Source: Octopus sinensis (lineage: Eukaryota). From it: 64,000 nucleotides of DNA. The position numbers and the translations under genes were made by a program. Location of the stretch: NCBI RefSeq assembly GCF_006345805.1, contig NC_043010.1, positions 20,212,001 to 20,276,000 on the forward strand, in the 5' to 3' direction. The notes beneath the pieces were generated by a model. That model saw nothing but the letters and a program-made list of their open reading frames with translations. It was not told the origin of the DNA and did not search any database. Each line of letters opens with the position of its first letter. Positions within the stretch are counted from its first letter, which is position 1. Positions 12,869-26,729 of this stretch are shown piece by piece.

Positions 12869-14834
12869 ACTTGAGGTAGGGGGAACGTAATTGTAATGCT
12901 TTCACATGATTAGTTGAAGGGAAAGAGAGGAGAAAGGAAAGAGAGAGAGAGAGAGACAAAGGGCATAAGGCGAAGAGTAAGACAGAAAGAGGGTGAGAGA
13001 AAAAGAGGGAGAGAAAGGCGTCCATGACGTGAGGTAGGGGGAATGTAATTGTAATGCCTTTACATGTTTAGTTGTAGGGAAAGAGAGCAGAAAGGAAAAG
13101 TTGAGAGAAAAAGAGGATAAGGTAAAGAGTGAGACGGAAAGAGGGAGAGAGAAGTGTCCATGAAGTGAAGTAAGAGGAACATAATATGGTTAAAAATGTT
13201 AGTTGAAGGTAGAGGAAGAAAATTAAAAATATAATTTTAGCAGAGGGGTAATGTTCTGATGGTGCGGTTAAAGAAAGGTAGAGGGAGAGAGAGGATGGGG
13301 AGAGAAAGAGATAATGATGATGATGGTGGTGGTAGGGATAAAGGCGATGGTGAATGGATGGCGAAAAGTGTATTTTTTCTTTTAACTGAACTAAGTTTTT
13401 TACATCACTTGTCACTTAACGCATATGCATAAGTGCAATTCTGTGAAATATTCACGCTTATTTACGCAGCAGATATATGCTATTTAACTAAAAGTTGTAT
13501 CATATGTACGACGCCTAATCCACTCACAAGGCTTTGATCAGCCTGAGGCTATAGTAGAAGACAGTTGCCCAAGGTGTCACGTGGTGGGACTGAACCCGGA
13601 ACTTCATGGTTGGGAAGTAAGCTTCTTACCACGCAGCCACCTGCGCCTACTGTGAATACAATCGGTACGAAGAGTACTAAAAATAGGCAAGATTTTTCTC
13701 AGCTTCAACAGGTTGTGTTATGTTTGTTATTTATATTCCAAAAATAGAGCATTGTATCTTTGTTAGAAATCAACTTCTTCCGAGAGGAAGAAATCAAATA
13801 ATTAAAAATAGGTAAGAATATGTATCCATTATTGTTTAATGTTTGCTTTCCATGCCGACACGTAAGTACATCTGTATACCCATCCATCCATCCAGCCATA
13901 CATACATAAATACAAACACGTGTTTGTGTGTGTGTATCAAAAGTTGCTGATCTTCGTTGCATTTTGCCCTTAATTGAGGGTAAATCAGAGTTGACTATCG
14001 ACTCTCAATAGAGTAAACATAGTCATTCCCTCAATCCTGTGTATTCAATTTACATCAAAACCACATAAAATATGTTGCTACACTTTTATATTCAAGAGAT
14101 GAGGAATCATGTACATTATTCACATTATTTATGTTTGACGGATATTTGTCCTCATCATATTTGTTGTTAACACGTTTCGGCTCATATACCCTCCAGCCTT
14201 CATCAGGTGTCTTGGGGAAATTTCGAACCTAGGTTCTCGTTCCTAAGGTATTTTCCGATATTATTATTATTACCATTATCATTATTATTATTATTATTAT
14301 TGAGTGAGAGAGCAGTGCATGCCATCAAAGTGACACTGGGGTAAAATATACGAAGCCCAATATACCCATCATGACTACCGTCTGATAAAGGTACACCAGG
14401 CACATGCATCACAACCATATGTGCGCGACATGGTGATCTCATATCAAGATAAACAGCACATGACCTTGCAGGTGGGGCCCAGTTAGAATTTTCTTCAGAT
14501 TGAGTAGCCCATCCCGCTCAAACGGTCCCTGAATAAGGGTTGTTTAAGGATGTTGAAAGAACCACCCATGTTTCCAGAGGTGAACTATTCAAACCCCAAA
14601 GAATCCCTCTCAACACATGGCTATGATGCTCCCCCCTACTTCTGCTCGTGATCAGAGATGCACATATTGTCAGCCACGAAGGGACATGCTCAACTGGTTA
14701 AGGTCAAACAACTGACAAGCAAATCTGTGGTATTGAGCAGAATATTTGCTGTAGCCCATCTTTTATACCAAGACAAAACAATGTACATGATAACACTTCC
14801 AATCAGTTAAGATCAGAAGCCATGAGAGCCACTG

Positions 14835-14880
<46 letters not shown>

Positions 14881-15622
14881 TCACTGCTTGGAATCGAACT
14901 CGGAATCTTGGGGTTAGTAGCCTGCGCTCTTAACCACTACGCCATATGCCCAAGACACCTGATGAAGGCTGGAGGGTGTATCAGCCGCAATATTGTGTTA
15001 ACAACAAACAAGATGAGGACAAATATCCGTTGAACCCTGCACAGTACCTGCAGGCGCTCATAGACAGCATGCCGGCTGTCATTACTGCCAAAGGAGGAGC
15101 AACAAGATATTAACTAAATTTCACGATTAATAACAATTATGTGGTATGCTGGGATATGTTTTAATAAATTTTTGATTAAAAACGAGTTCGTTTCTGATAA
15201 TAGTTAATTAAATTAAGAAAATGTAAGAAAATGTAGAAATTTGAGAAGTGCTACTTAATTTCCAACGCAAGTGTATGTGACGACAATGATATACAGACAT
15301 GCGTTCACACAGGTATATTCAGAGAAAGAAGGAAGGTGAGAAATTGATACTGAATGACTGCATAATGAATAGAGGACAGCAACAAGACATGTCTTGTTTT
15401 CTAAATTTCTTTTCTTCGTGATATGGTCACTGAATACACTGAATAAAAGCAAATTTCCAAGTTTTAGGAGGGGAAAATGCACTGGTATATCTATTCTCTT
15501 CTTCACAAATACATTGACACAAATACAGACAAGCACTGATACATTCACACCTACATCATCATCATCATCATCGTTTTATAAAGCAGTTCTGCTTGTCACT
15601 GTGTTACTTGGTCAATGTGATT

Positions 15623-17491
15623 GGAGAAAAAGTGAGAGAGTGAAAAGAAGGAAAGAGAAAAAGAGGGAGGGGGAAAAAGTGGGAGGGGGAAAAGAAGGAA
15701 AAAGAAAAAGAGGGAGGGGAAAAAGTGGGAGGGTGAAAAGAAGGAAAGAGAAAAAGAGGGAGGGAGAAAAGAAGGAAAGAGAAAAAGAGGGAGGGAGAGA
15801 AAGTGGGAGAGGGAAAAGAAATAAAGATAAAAGAGGGAGGGAGAAAAGTGGGAGAATGAAAAGAAGGAAAGAGAAAAGGAGGGAGGGAGAAAAAGTGGGA
15901 GAATGAAAAGAAGGAAAGAGAAAAAGAGGGAGGGAGAAAAAGTGGGGAGTGAAAAGAAGGAAAGAAAAAAAGAGGAGGGAAAAAGTGGGAGAGTGAAAAG
16001 AAAGAAAGAGAAAAAGAGGGGGAGAAAAGAAGAAAAGAAAAAGAGGGAGGGAGAAAAGGTGAGAGAGTGAAAAGAAGGAAAGAGAAAAAGAGGGAGGGGG
16101 AAAAAGGGGGGGTGAAAAAAGAAAGAGAAAAAGAGGGAGGGGGAGAAAGAAGGAAGAGAAAAAGAGGGAGGAGAAAAAGTGAGAGAGTGAAAAGAAGGAA
16201 AGAAAAAGAGGGAGGGGAAAAAGTGGAGGGAAAAGAAGGAAGAGAAAAAGAGGGAGGGAGGAAAAGAAGGAAGAGAAAAGAGGGAGGGAGAGAAAGTGGG
16301 GAGAGGGAAGAAAAAGATAAAGAGGGAGGAGAAAAAGTGGGAGAATGAAAGAGGTAAGAAGAAAGAGGGACGGAGAAAAAGTGGGAGAATGAAAAGAAGG
16401 AAAGAGAAAAAGAGGGAGGGAGAAAAAGTGGGAGAGTGAAAAGAAAGAAAGAGAAAAAGAGGGAGGGAGAAAAAGTGGGAGAATGAAAAGAAGGAAAGAG
16501 AAAAAGAGGGAGGGAGAAAAGAAGGAAAGAGAAAAAGAGGGAGGGAGAAAAAAGGAAAGAGAAAAAGAGGGTGGGAGAGAAAGCGGGAGAGGGAAAAGAA
16601 ATAAAAATAAAAGAGTGAGGGAGAAAAGTGGGAGAATGAAAAGAAGGAAAGAGAGGGAAGGAGAAAAAGTGGGAGAATGAAAAGCAGGAAAGAGAAAAAG
16701 AGGGAGGGAGAAAAAGTGGGAGTGGGAAAAGAAGGAAAAAGAAAAAGAGGGGGGAGAAAAAGTGGGAGAATGAAAAAAAGGAAAGAGAACAAGAGGGAGG
16801 GAGAAAAGTGGGAGAGTGAAAAGAAGGAAAAAGAGGGAAGGAGAAAAAGTGGGAGAATGAAAAGCAGGAAAGAGAAAAAGAGGGAGGGAGAAAAGGTGGG
16901 AGAGGGAAAAGAAGGAAAGAGAAAAAGAGGGAGGGAGAAAAAGTAGGAGAGGGAAAAGAAGGAAAGAGAAAAAGAGGGAGGGAGAAAAAGTGGAAGAATG
17001 AAAAGAAGGAAAGAGAAAAAGAGGGAGGGAGAAAAAAGTGGGGAAAAAAAAGGGAAAAGAGAAGAAAAGAGGAGAGGGAAAAGAAGGAAAAAGAAAAAGA
17101 GGGAGGGAGAAAAAGTGGGAGAGGGAAAACAAGGAAAGAGAAAAAGAGGGAGGGAGAAAAAGTGGGAGAGTGAAAAGAAGGAAAGAGAAAAAGAGGGAGG
17201 GAGAAAAAGTGGGAGAGTGAAAAGAAGGAAAGAGAAAAAGAGGGAGGGAGAAAAAAGTAGGAAGGAAAAGAGAAAGAGGGAGAGAGAAAGTGGAGAATGA
17301 AAGGGGGAAGAGAAAAAGAGGGGAGGGAGAAAAAGTGGGAGAGTGAAAAGAGGGAGGGAGAAAAGTTGGAGAGTGAAAAGTGGGAGAGTGAAAAGCGGAA
17401 GGGAGAAAAAGTGGAGAGGGAAAGAAAAAAAGAAAAGAAAAAAAAAAAGAAAAGAAAAAACAAAAAAAAAGGAAAAAAAAAAAGAAAAAAG

Positions 17492-17540
<49 letters not shown>

Positions 17541-19980
17541 GGAAAAAGGAAAAAAAAGGGAAAAAAAGGGAGAAAAAAAAAAGGGGAAAGAAAGGAAGGA
17601 AAAAGAAAAAAGTGAAAAAAAGAAAAAAAAAAAAGAAAGGAGGAGAAAAAGAGGGAGGAAAAAGTGGGAGAGTGAAAAGAAGGAAAAAAAAAAAGAGGGA
17701 GGGAGAAAAGTGGGAGAGGGAAAAGAAAGGGAAAAAGAAAAGAGGGAGGGAGAAAAAGTGGGAGAATGAAAAGAAGGAAAGAGAAAAAGAGGGAGGGAGA
17801 AAAATGGGAGTGGAAAAGAAGGAAAGAGAAAAAGGGAGAGAAAAAGTGGAAGAAATGAAAAAAGGAAAGAGAAAAGAGGGAGGGAGAAAAAAGTGGGGAG
17901 AATGAAAGAAGGAAAGAGAAAAAGAGGGAGGGGAGAAAAGTGGCAGAGGGAAAAGAAGGAAGAGAAAAAGAGGGAGAGAAAAAATGGGGAGATGAAAAGA
18001 GGAAAGATAAAAAGGCAGGGAGAAAAAGTGGGAGAGGGAAAAGAAGGAAAGAGAAAAAAAGGGAGGAGAAAAAGTGGGAGAGTGAAAAGAAGGAAAGAGA
18101 AAAAGCGGGAGGGAGAAAAAGTTTTTCTCTTTCCTTCTTTACACTCTCCCACTTTTCTCCCTCCCTCTTTTTCTCTTTTCACTCTCCCACTTTTCTCCCT
18201 CTCTCTTTTTCTCTCTCCCTCTCTTCATTTTCCTACTTTTTCTCCCTCCCTCTTTTTCTTTTTTCCTTCTCTTCACTCTCCCTCTTTTTCCTTCTTTTCA
18301 CTCTCCCACTTTTCTCCCTCGAGGAAGAGAATTTCTCTTGGTTCTTTTCACTCTCCCACTTTTTCCTTCTTTTCACTCTCCCACTTTTCTCCCTCTTTAT
18401 ACAGAAAGAGAAAAAGAGGGAGGGAGAAAAAGTGGGAGAGTGAAAAGAAGGAAAGAGAAAAAGCGGGAGGGAGAAAAAGTGTGAGAGGGAAAAGAAGGAA
18501 AGAGAAAAAGAGGGAGGGAGAAAAGTGGGAGAGTGAAAAGAAGGAAAAAGAGGGAGGGAGAAAAAGTGGCAGAGGGAAAAGAAGGAAAAAGAAAAAGAGG
18601 GAGGGAGAAAAATTGGGAGAATGAAAAGAAGGAAAGAGAAAAAGAGGGAGGGAGAAAAAGTGGGTGTGTGAAAAGCAGGAAAGAGAAAAAGAGGGAGGGA
18701 GAAAAAGTGGGAGTGGGAAAAGAAGGAAAAAGAAAAAGAGGGGGGAGAAAAAGTGGGAGAATGAAAAAAAGGAAAGAGAACAAGAGGGAGGGAGAAAAGT
18801 GGAGAGTGAAAAGAAGGAAAAAGAGGGAAGAGAAAAAGTGGAGAATGAAAAGCAGGAAGTGAAAAAGAAAAGGGGAGGGAGAAAAAGTGGGAGAGGGAAA
18901 CGAAAGGAAAGAGAAAAAAAGGGAGGAGAAAATGTAGGAGAAGGGAAAAGAAGGAAAGAGAAAAGAGTGAGGGAGAAAAAGTGGAAGAATGAAAAGAAGG
19001 AAAAAGAAAAGTGGGGGGGGGAGAAAAAAGTGGGAAATGAAAGAAGGAAAGAGAAAAAAGAGGGAAGGAGAAAAGTGGGAGAGTAAAAGAGGAAGAGAAA
19101 AGAGGGAGAGGAAAAGAAGGAAAAAGAAAAAGGGGAGGGAGAAAAAGTGGAGAGGGAAAACAAGGAAAAGAAAAAAAGGGAGGGAGAAAAGTGGTGAGAG
19201 TGAAAAGAAGGAAAGAGAAAAAAGAGGGAGAAAAAGTGGGAGAGAAAAGAGGGAGGAGAAAAAGAGGAGAAGAAAAGGGGGAGAATGAAAGAGGGAGAGA
19301 GAAAAGAGGGAGAGAGAAAAAGGGGGAAGAAGGAAAGAAGGAAAGAGAGAAAAAGAGGAGGGAGAAAAAAGGAAAGAGAAAAAAGAGGGAGGGAGAAAGT
19401 GGCTGAAAAGAAGGAAAAGAAAAAGAGGGAGGGAGAAAAAGTGGAGAATGAAAAGAAGGAAAGAGAAAAAAAAGGGGAGGCGAAAAAGTGGCAGAGGGAA
19501 AAGAAGGAAAGAGAAAAAGAGGAGAGGGAAAAAGAAGGAAAAAGAAAAAGAAGGAGGAAAAAAGGAAAGAGAAAAAGAGGAGGGAAGAAAAAGTGGGAGA
19601 ATGAAAAGAAGGAAAAAGAAAAAGAGGGGGGAGGAGAAAAAGTGGGAGAATGAAAAGAAGGAAAGAGAAAAAGAGGGAGGAGAAAAAGTGCAGAGTGAAA
19701 AGAAGGAAAGAGAAAAAGAGTGAGGGAGAAAAAGTGGAGAGTGAAAAGAAGGAAAGAGAAAAAGAGGGAGGAGAAAAAGTGGGAGCGTGAAAAGAAGAAA
19801 AAAAAAGAGGGAGAGGGAAAAGAAGGAAAGAGAAAAAGAGGAGGGAGAAAAAGTGGGAGAGGGAAAAGAAGGAAAGAGAAAAGAGGGAGGAGAAAAAGTG
19901 GGAGAGAAAGGAAAGAGAAAAAGTGGGAGAATGAAAAGAAGGAGAGAGAAAAAGAGGGGAGAGAAAAAGTGGGAGAGTGA
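15623..19980 (+). repeat. Expanded copy of the polypurine satellite with an A-rich degenerate core (about 17420-17630) and an inverted block (18122-18398)
   Basis: Direct inspection. This is the source of the K/R/E-rich and F/S/L/P-rich pseudo-ORFs. Confidence 0.9.
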
Positions 19981-21759
19981 CTTGAGGTAGGGGGACGTAA
20001 TTGAATGCTTTCACATGATTAGTTGAAGGGAAAGAGAGGAGAAGGAAAGAGAGAGAGAGAGAGACAAAGGGCATAAGGCGAAGAGTAAGACAGAAAAGGT
20101 GAGAGAAAAAGAGGGAGAAAGGCCGTCCATGACTTGAGGTAGGGGGAATGTAATTGTAATGCCTTTACATGTTTAGTTGTAGGGAAGAGAGCAAAAGGAA
20201 AAGTTGAGAGAAAAAGAGGATAAGGTAAAGAATGAGACGAAGAGGAGAGAGGAAGAAGTCCATGAAGTGAGTAAGAGGAACATAATATGGTTAAAAATGT
20301 TAGTTGAAGGTAGAGGAAGAAAATTAAAAATATAATTTTTAGCAGGGGTAAGTTTCTGATGGTGCGGTTAAAGAAAGGTAGAGGGAGAGAGAGGATGGGA
20401 GAGAAAGAGATAATGATGATGATGGTGGTGGTAGGGATAAAGGCATGGTGAATGGATGGCGATAGTTGTATTTTTTCTTTTTAACTGAACTAAGTTTTTT
20501 TACATCACTTGTTCTCTTAACGCATATGCATAAGTGCAATTCTGGTGAAATATTCACGCTTATTTACGCAGCAGATATATGCTATTTAACTAAAAGTTGT
20601 ATCATATGTACGGGGCATTTTTTCTGTTTATGGAAAAAATGGAAAAATAAATGTGAATATTCATTTAATGAGTGGTGTGTATTTAGTCTATAAAATTCTG
20701 CATAAAGTATATATAAAGTGTATATATAAAGTCCATTAAACAATCATCGTATTCCAATTTGCTTCACTTTTCAATGCCTAGCAGACGAGTGACTATCTTT
20801 CCATACAGACACAACACAGGTTACGCTTTCAGGTTTTTGGGGTAAAGTTTTCAGAAATAACCCAATAGGTTTACCATTAATTCTGTGAAATATTCATGGG
20901 TCCAACTAGTCATCTTCATTTAATGTCTGTCATTGTTGCTGGCATGGGTTGGACAGTTTGACAGGAGCTGGCAAGCCAGAGGATGGCGCCAAGCCACACT
21001 GTCGGCTTTGAATTTTTTCTATAGCTGGATGTCCTCCCTAACGCCACCTACTTTACAGAGTTGGGTGGGGTGCTTTGTTTTGTAGCACCAGCACTGGTGG
21101 GGGTTGCCAAATAGTTTGTAAGACAAAGGCCCCCTGGACTGGGAGAGGAAGTAACATTGGGGGAGGTGGTTTTTGTACCTGGTGATGTGGAGTTAGGAAG
21201 AATTATCGAGGGATGGAGATAGTGTCTTTCTGTAGGAGAGACAGAAGGATATCCCAGTTGGAGAAGAAGAAAGGAGAGAAAGATAGAAAGGGAGAGAGGG
21301 AGAAAGAGATGGTGGTGGAGATGTGTTGGAATGCACCCTTGAGGCAGAGTGGAGGGTGGAAATAAGTGAAGTGACACAGAGGATTGGAGAGGGTGAGTGA
21401 GCAGGAGCGGAGAATAGAGGTGTGAGCAGAGATGGTTGGAGAAGGAGTAGAGGTGGTCGTAATGAGTGATGGTGAGAGATATATATTCCTGTGGGAAACA
21501 TGTCATCAGAAAAAGTGCTACCTTCTCCAAAGTAACACATAAGTGCTACCTTTATTGAAGTAATACCTGACAATGTTTATTTTTTTTTTTGAAATTTAAA
21601 ACCAATATATTTTTTTTAACTAAAAAACTCTTAGCTTTAATTATTTCAAACTAACTCCAGATGTTTTTATTATTTGTATTCTTTTGTACATAAATCAATA
21701 ACATTATTATATAGTTACATATCATCAGCGTTATTGCCACCAACACCACCACCACTGTC

Positions 21760-22060
21760 AATGACTATGATGATGATGACAATGACATTGATGACGATGA
21801 TGATGACAACAATGACAATGATGATGATGACGACGATGACAGCAATGATGACAACAGCGACGACAATGATGATGACAACAGCGACGACAATGATGATGAC
21901 AACAGCGATGACAATGATGATGACAACAGCGACGACGATGACGATGACAATGATGATGATGGTGACGATGATGACAATGATGACGATGACAATGACGACA
22001 GTGATAATGACAGTGACAATGATGACGGCAATGATGACGACGACGACGATGATGATGACA
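21760..22060. repeat. Degenerate (ATG/ACG/ACA)n trinucleotide tract
   Basis: Direct inspection. Confidence 0.9.
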
Positions 22061-22907
22061 ATCCTTTCTACTATAGGCAGAAAGCCTGAAAGTTTGGGGC
22101 AGGGTTCAAGTGGGGACTGCACTAAGGAGTTTTTACAGCTGGTGTCCAAGTCACTCTCAAGACAAGACCCTTGAATGGAGGGGAGGAGTAGAATGTGATG
22201 GAAATGGAGGAAAGAATGGCAGTTCTAAGGAGCTGGGTGTGTGTGTGGTGATGTTGGACTTGTTTGGATATCTGAGGATGCAGATGCCAGGATGGGCTGA
22301 ATAGTTCTTTGGTTTCATCTCAGTCACAGCAGGTGTCTTCTCAATGAATTCAGGACTTCAAATGTTGGAGTTCATTGTCTGAGTTAACCAATAATATTTT
22401 CTTAAATGTCCTTTTCATCATTTTAATGGTATAATGGCATCTGAAAATCTTGGTTGTTATTTTGTTCCATAGTTTATGTTCTTCTGCTGCAAATATTTTG
22501 AATTAGAAAAAAAAAAAACACTGACCACCTCCAGCATGTAATAGACTAAGGGAAGAACGTTTAAGCAATTGAACAAAATGACCACTATCTTCACATGCTG
22601 TATATTGGTACATCTTCATATGACCCCCGCCCCAAAACGTGGTATTGCCAGTCGATATCACCAGAATGTAGCTGGCATAATAAAATAGGTGCTTAGGAAG
22701 GGCATCCAGCTGTAAAAACTATGCCAAAACAGACATAGAAGTCTGGTGCAGGCTCCTGCCTGACCAGCTCTAGTGAAACCATCCAACCCATGCTAGCATG
22801 GAAGGAGGACGTTAAATGATGATGATGATGATGATGATTCAAAATGTTTCCTGTATACAAACTTATAGAATATATATGGATATATATATATATATATATA
22901 TACATAT

Positions 22908-23293
22908 ACTCTTTTACTTGTTTCAGTCATTTGACTGTGGCCATGCTGGAGCAATGCCTTTAGTCGAGCAAATCAACCCCAGGATATATTCTTTGTAAGC
23001 CTAGTACTTATTCTAGCGACTATTTTGCCGAACCGCTAAGTTACAGGGACGTAAACACACCAGCATCGGTTGTCAAGCAATGTTAGGGGGACAAACACAC
23101 ACACACATATATATATATACATATATACGACGGGCTTCTTTCAGTTTCCGTCTACCAAATCCACTCACAAGGCTTTGGTTGGCCCGAGGCTATAGTAGAA
23201 GACACTTGCCCAAGGTGCCACGCAGTGGGACTGAACCCAGTACCATGTAGTTGGTAAGCAAGCTACTTACTACACAGCCACTCCTACGCCTAT
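22908..23293 (-). mobile_element. Full-length S1 CORE-type SINE
   Basis: Same sequence family as 28-377. Confidence 0.85.
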
Positions 23294-23810
23294 ATATATG
23301 TATGTATATATATCAAATTAAATATGCAACCAAAAGAGCTACGAATAGTTTCATGCTATCAGGATACTTGAACAGACACATCTATAAAATGTGCCATGTA
23401 TCTTAAAGTAACTTTTCAGGCTCTGCTTATGCGATGTACGTAAATTTTTTAAAAAATCAAGGATGCTGGTCAGTAAGAAAATACGAAAAAACATGAAGAA
23501 AATTGGTGCAAAAAATGGTATGAGAAAAAAGAAATGAAATCAAGAATTATGATCCTTGCCCCTCCCTCTCGCCCACTGATTGTAGAAAGCTCAAAAATAC
23601 ATCAGGTTTAGAACACAAAACAGAAAGTATGCCTAAGTCTCAAGACTCAATCCAGAATGGGTGTGCCTTCCAATTCAATAAAAGAAACTTCATGTGTCTA
23701 CACCTGCTAAAAATTTCAGACCTTGAATTAAGCAGTGTTGGAATTACTGAATCAAAGAAGATTATGAGATTTTTCTGCTATGCTTAAGTTGCATTTCTTA
23801 GATCCATTAA

Positions 23811-24309
23811 CCTCTTGATGCTGGTATTACCCGAAGCAAGTGAGACACTGCTCTGTTTTTTTTTTATCTAATGAGGTGACACAAACACACAAGTGCCAAC
23901 GAGCTTGCGTCTATTTACGTTCACCGTTACAATAACATAGCGTCGTACATTTACATCTACAGGCTATTTATCATATTATGATATGTACGAGTTATTCTGC
24001 TCAAGTCCAAAAAATAGCTTGTGTGTGGTGCAACTCAAAACACGGTATTATACATATAAAATATCCGCATGTCATTGGTCTACTGCTAGTCTCGTGACTT
24101 GAACGTAACCTAAAATAGCTATGATAATGCACAGGAGGGCGAGCGTGCGCACCTCAAGTGATAAAGTACATGATAGCAAATGTAAACATACGTCAGCCGC
24201 TGAAAAGTCCATGATAGATGTAGGGCAGCTCTACATTGTATATTTACATTGACCGCAGGTAGGCAAGCAAAAGTGTGATTGCATTTTTGCGTCAACTGTT
24301 GTCAAGGGG
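23811..24309. mobile_element. piggyBac-type non-autonomous element, CpG-rich interior
   Basis: TTAA|CCTCTTGA ... TCAAGGGG|TTAA. Confidence 0.6.
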
Positions 24310-24389
24310 TTAACATATAACTTGGCTTTCTCCACTATTCCCTACTTAATTGTATTTTCAAATTCCTCTTCGAATTCCATATATGGCTT

Positions 24390-24670
24390 GCCAACTAAGT
24401 TGCATTACTTTTAAGGTTCCTTTCATCAGCCAATCCCACCTATTTTTCCTGCAACTTCTATCATGACTGTATGGAATTGATTGTGTAGCCCCTTCTTGTG
24501 TAATTTTTCTTCATGTCCATTTTTTGTACTTCTTCTTTTGTTTTCCCTTTTTTCTCTGCTCTCAATAATCCCTTGCTCCTAACTCTCACTAGCAAGGTTT
24601 CCTTACTTTGGGCTAGGGATCTCATTAAGCTCTCAAGTTCAATGCAGTCTTCCTCCATTTGCTATCTTCC
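24390..24670 (-). mobile_element. Degenerate R4/Dong-like fragment (post-RT region)
   Basis: After two frameshifts it reads EDCIELE...KETLL...KGLHNQF...WDWLMKGTLK, paralleling KPLHGKY...QWLRSSGLK in the 56.5-60.5 kb element. Confidence 0.5.
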
Positions 24671-24978
24671 TGTTATTATTATTAGATGTGCTGTAAAAAA
24701 GATAAGTGGTTTGCATAACATCTCTTGAATTCACCCTCATGTAACCCAATGTAATTCTTCTTTCCAATTGATTTGTCAAAGAGTGTAGCTGTAACTTTGG
24801 CCTCATATATAATGGAATTTATCATACATGCCTGGTCAAGTGGGTAAGTTTCAGGGTCTCAGTAGTTACAACTGAAAGTGGTTGCATGGTGATTTTTGGG
24901 AGTTTTTCATATTGGTACAATAGTTATATGATATACTTACTGAGTGGCAATTAAAAATTTTCCTGTATTTATGATTTA

Positions 24979-25044
<66 letters not shown>

Positions 25045-25068
25045 CCTACCTATCTATCTGTCTATCAG

Positions 25069-25100
<32 letters not shown>

Positions 25101-25199
25101 CTATCTATCTATCTATCTTCTATCTATCTATCTATCTATCTACCTACCTACCTACCTACCTACATACCTACCTACCTACATACCTACCTACCTACCTAC

Positions 25200-25234
<35 letters not shown>

Positions 25235-25517
25235 CCTACCTAACTACCTACCTACCTACCTACCTATCTATCTATCTATATATCTATCTATCTATCTATC
25301 TAATCTATCTATCTATCTATCTTCTATCTATCTATCATCTATCTATCTATCTATCTATCTATTCTATCTATCTATCTATCTATCTACCTACCTACCTACC
25401 TACCTACCTACTACCTACCTACCTACCTACCTACCTACCTATCTATCTATCTATATATCTATCTATCTATCTACCTACCTACCTACCTACCTACCTACCT
25501 ACTACCTACCTACCTAC

Positions 25518-25571
<54 letters not shown>

Positions 25572-25585
25572 ATCTATCTATCCAT
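24979..25585. repeat. Compound (CTAT)n/(CTAC)n microsatellite
   Basis: Direct inspection. Confidence 0.95.
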
Positions 25586-26729
25586 CCCTACACATTTCAA
25601 TGTGTGTGTGTGTATGTGTGTGTGTGCATACATGCGCATTTGTGTGCACTTGTGAGCTTTTTCTAAATTTATAACTTTAGAAAATGAATAAACGTGGTGT
25701 CGTTTGATCTGCTACAAAGTGAAAAACACTGCATTGAGAGCAGCTGGCTTTGACCTTTTGAAAGCAGTCGTTAGGAAAACAAACAATGACAGCTGTTTAA
25801 GCAGAGATTATACTGAAAGACTGGATAGAGGAGGAGGAGGAAGGACGAAAACAAGAAATGACTACTTGGCATATAAGAGTGTGTGTGTGTAAGTATGTGA
25901 GCCTGTTCATGCATAAGGTCAAAACCACAGGTGCTGCTCATAACTATTATTATTATAGACATTGCACAGTAAACAATATCGTGAGGTCATTGATTAAAGA
26001 TATTGTTTCTCCTGGGGTGGGTGGGGGGGTGTACTGTTTGTCAAGTCACAACAAGGACCTTAGACAGGCAGTACTTTACGCAATATGCCTGCAGTTCCAA
26101 GTAATACCGACTTTTGCAATAGGTTTGTTCCTTCTCAAGCTATGCCTGGCTCATAAGGGCCAGTTTCCCGGTTTCCTTGCCATATAGGTTCCCCACCTGC
26201 ACGGGATGCCAGTCCGTCGTAGGTGAGCTGCAAGATGCAGGAGGAAAGAGTGAGAGAAAGTTGTGGCGAAAGAGTCAGCAGAAGTTCGCTATTACCTTCT
26301 GTGGAGAGTACACGGCATAAAATGTGTGCAGAACCTAGCAACACTATTTTCTGAAGTTCTCCCATGTTAACACTGCAAGGGGATTTGTTGAGCTGCTTAT
26401 AAAGGCCCTTTTTAATTAGCCCTAATGCTCCAATCACCACTGGTGCTGTGCTGCTTTTCATTCCCCACATCTTGGTCACTTCTATTTCTAGGTCTTTGTA
26501 CTTAAATAACTTCTCTGTAGTGGGTGCTTTTTACATGCCACTTGCACAGGGGCTAGAGGAGCTGGCATCAACCACAATTGGATGGTGCTTTTTATGTGCC
26601 ACCAGCACTGGCTTCGGCCACGTTCGAATGGTCCTTTTTACGTGCTACAGGCATGGGTTCACAACTACAATTTCCATTTGATTTGACTTTGATATTGATG
26701 TTGATGTTGACGATTACAAGAAATATTAA

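Larger units (their letters stand above)
10102..20612. repeat. Tandem segmental duplication: copy 1 at 10102-13512, copy 2 at 13513-20612
   Basis: Matching sequence starts at offset 3411 (gcctaatccactcacaagg) and both copies end at ...aaaagttgtatcatatgtacg. Confidence 0.92.

Noticed and set aside
12189-20074. Very long ORFs (up to 856 aa) rich in F/S/L/P or K/R/E/G
   Set aside because: These are translations of the polypurine satellite, which lacks stop codons by composition.
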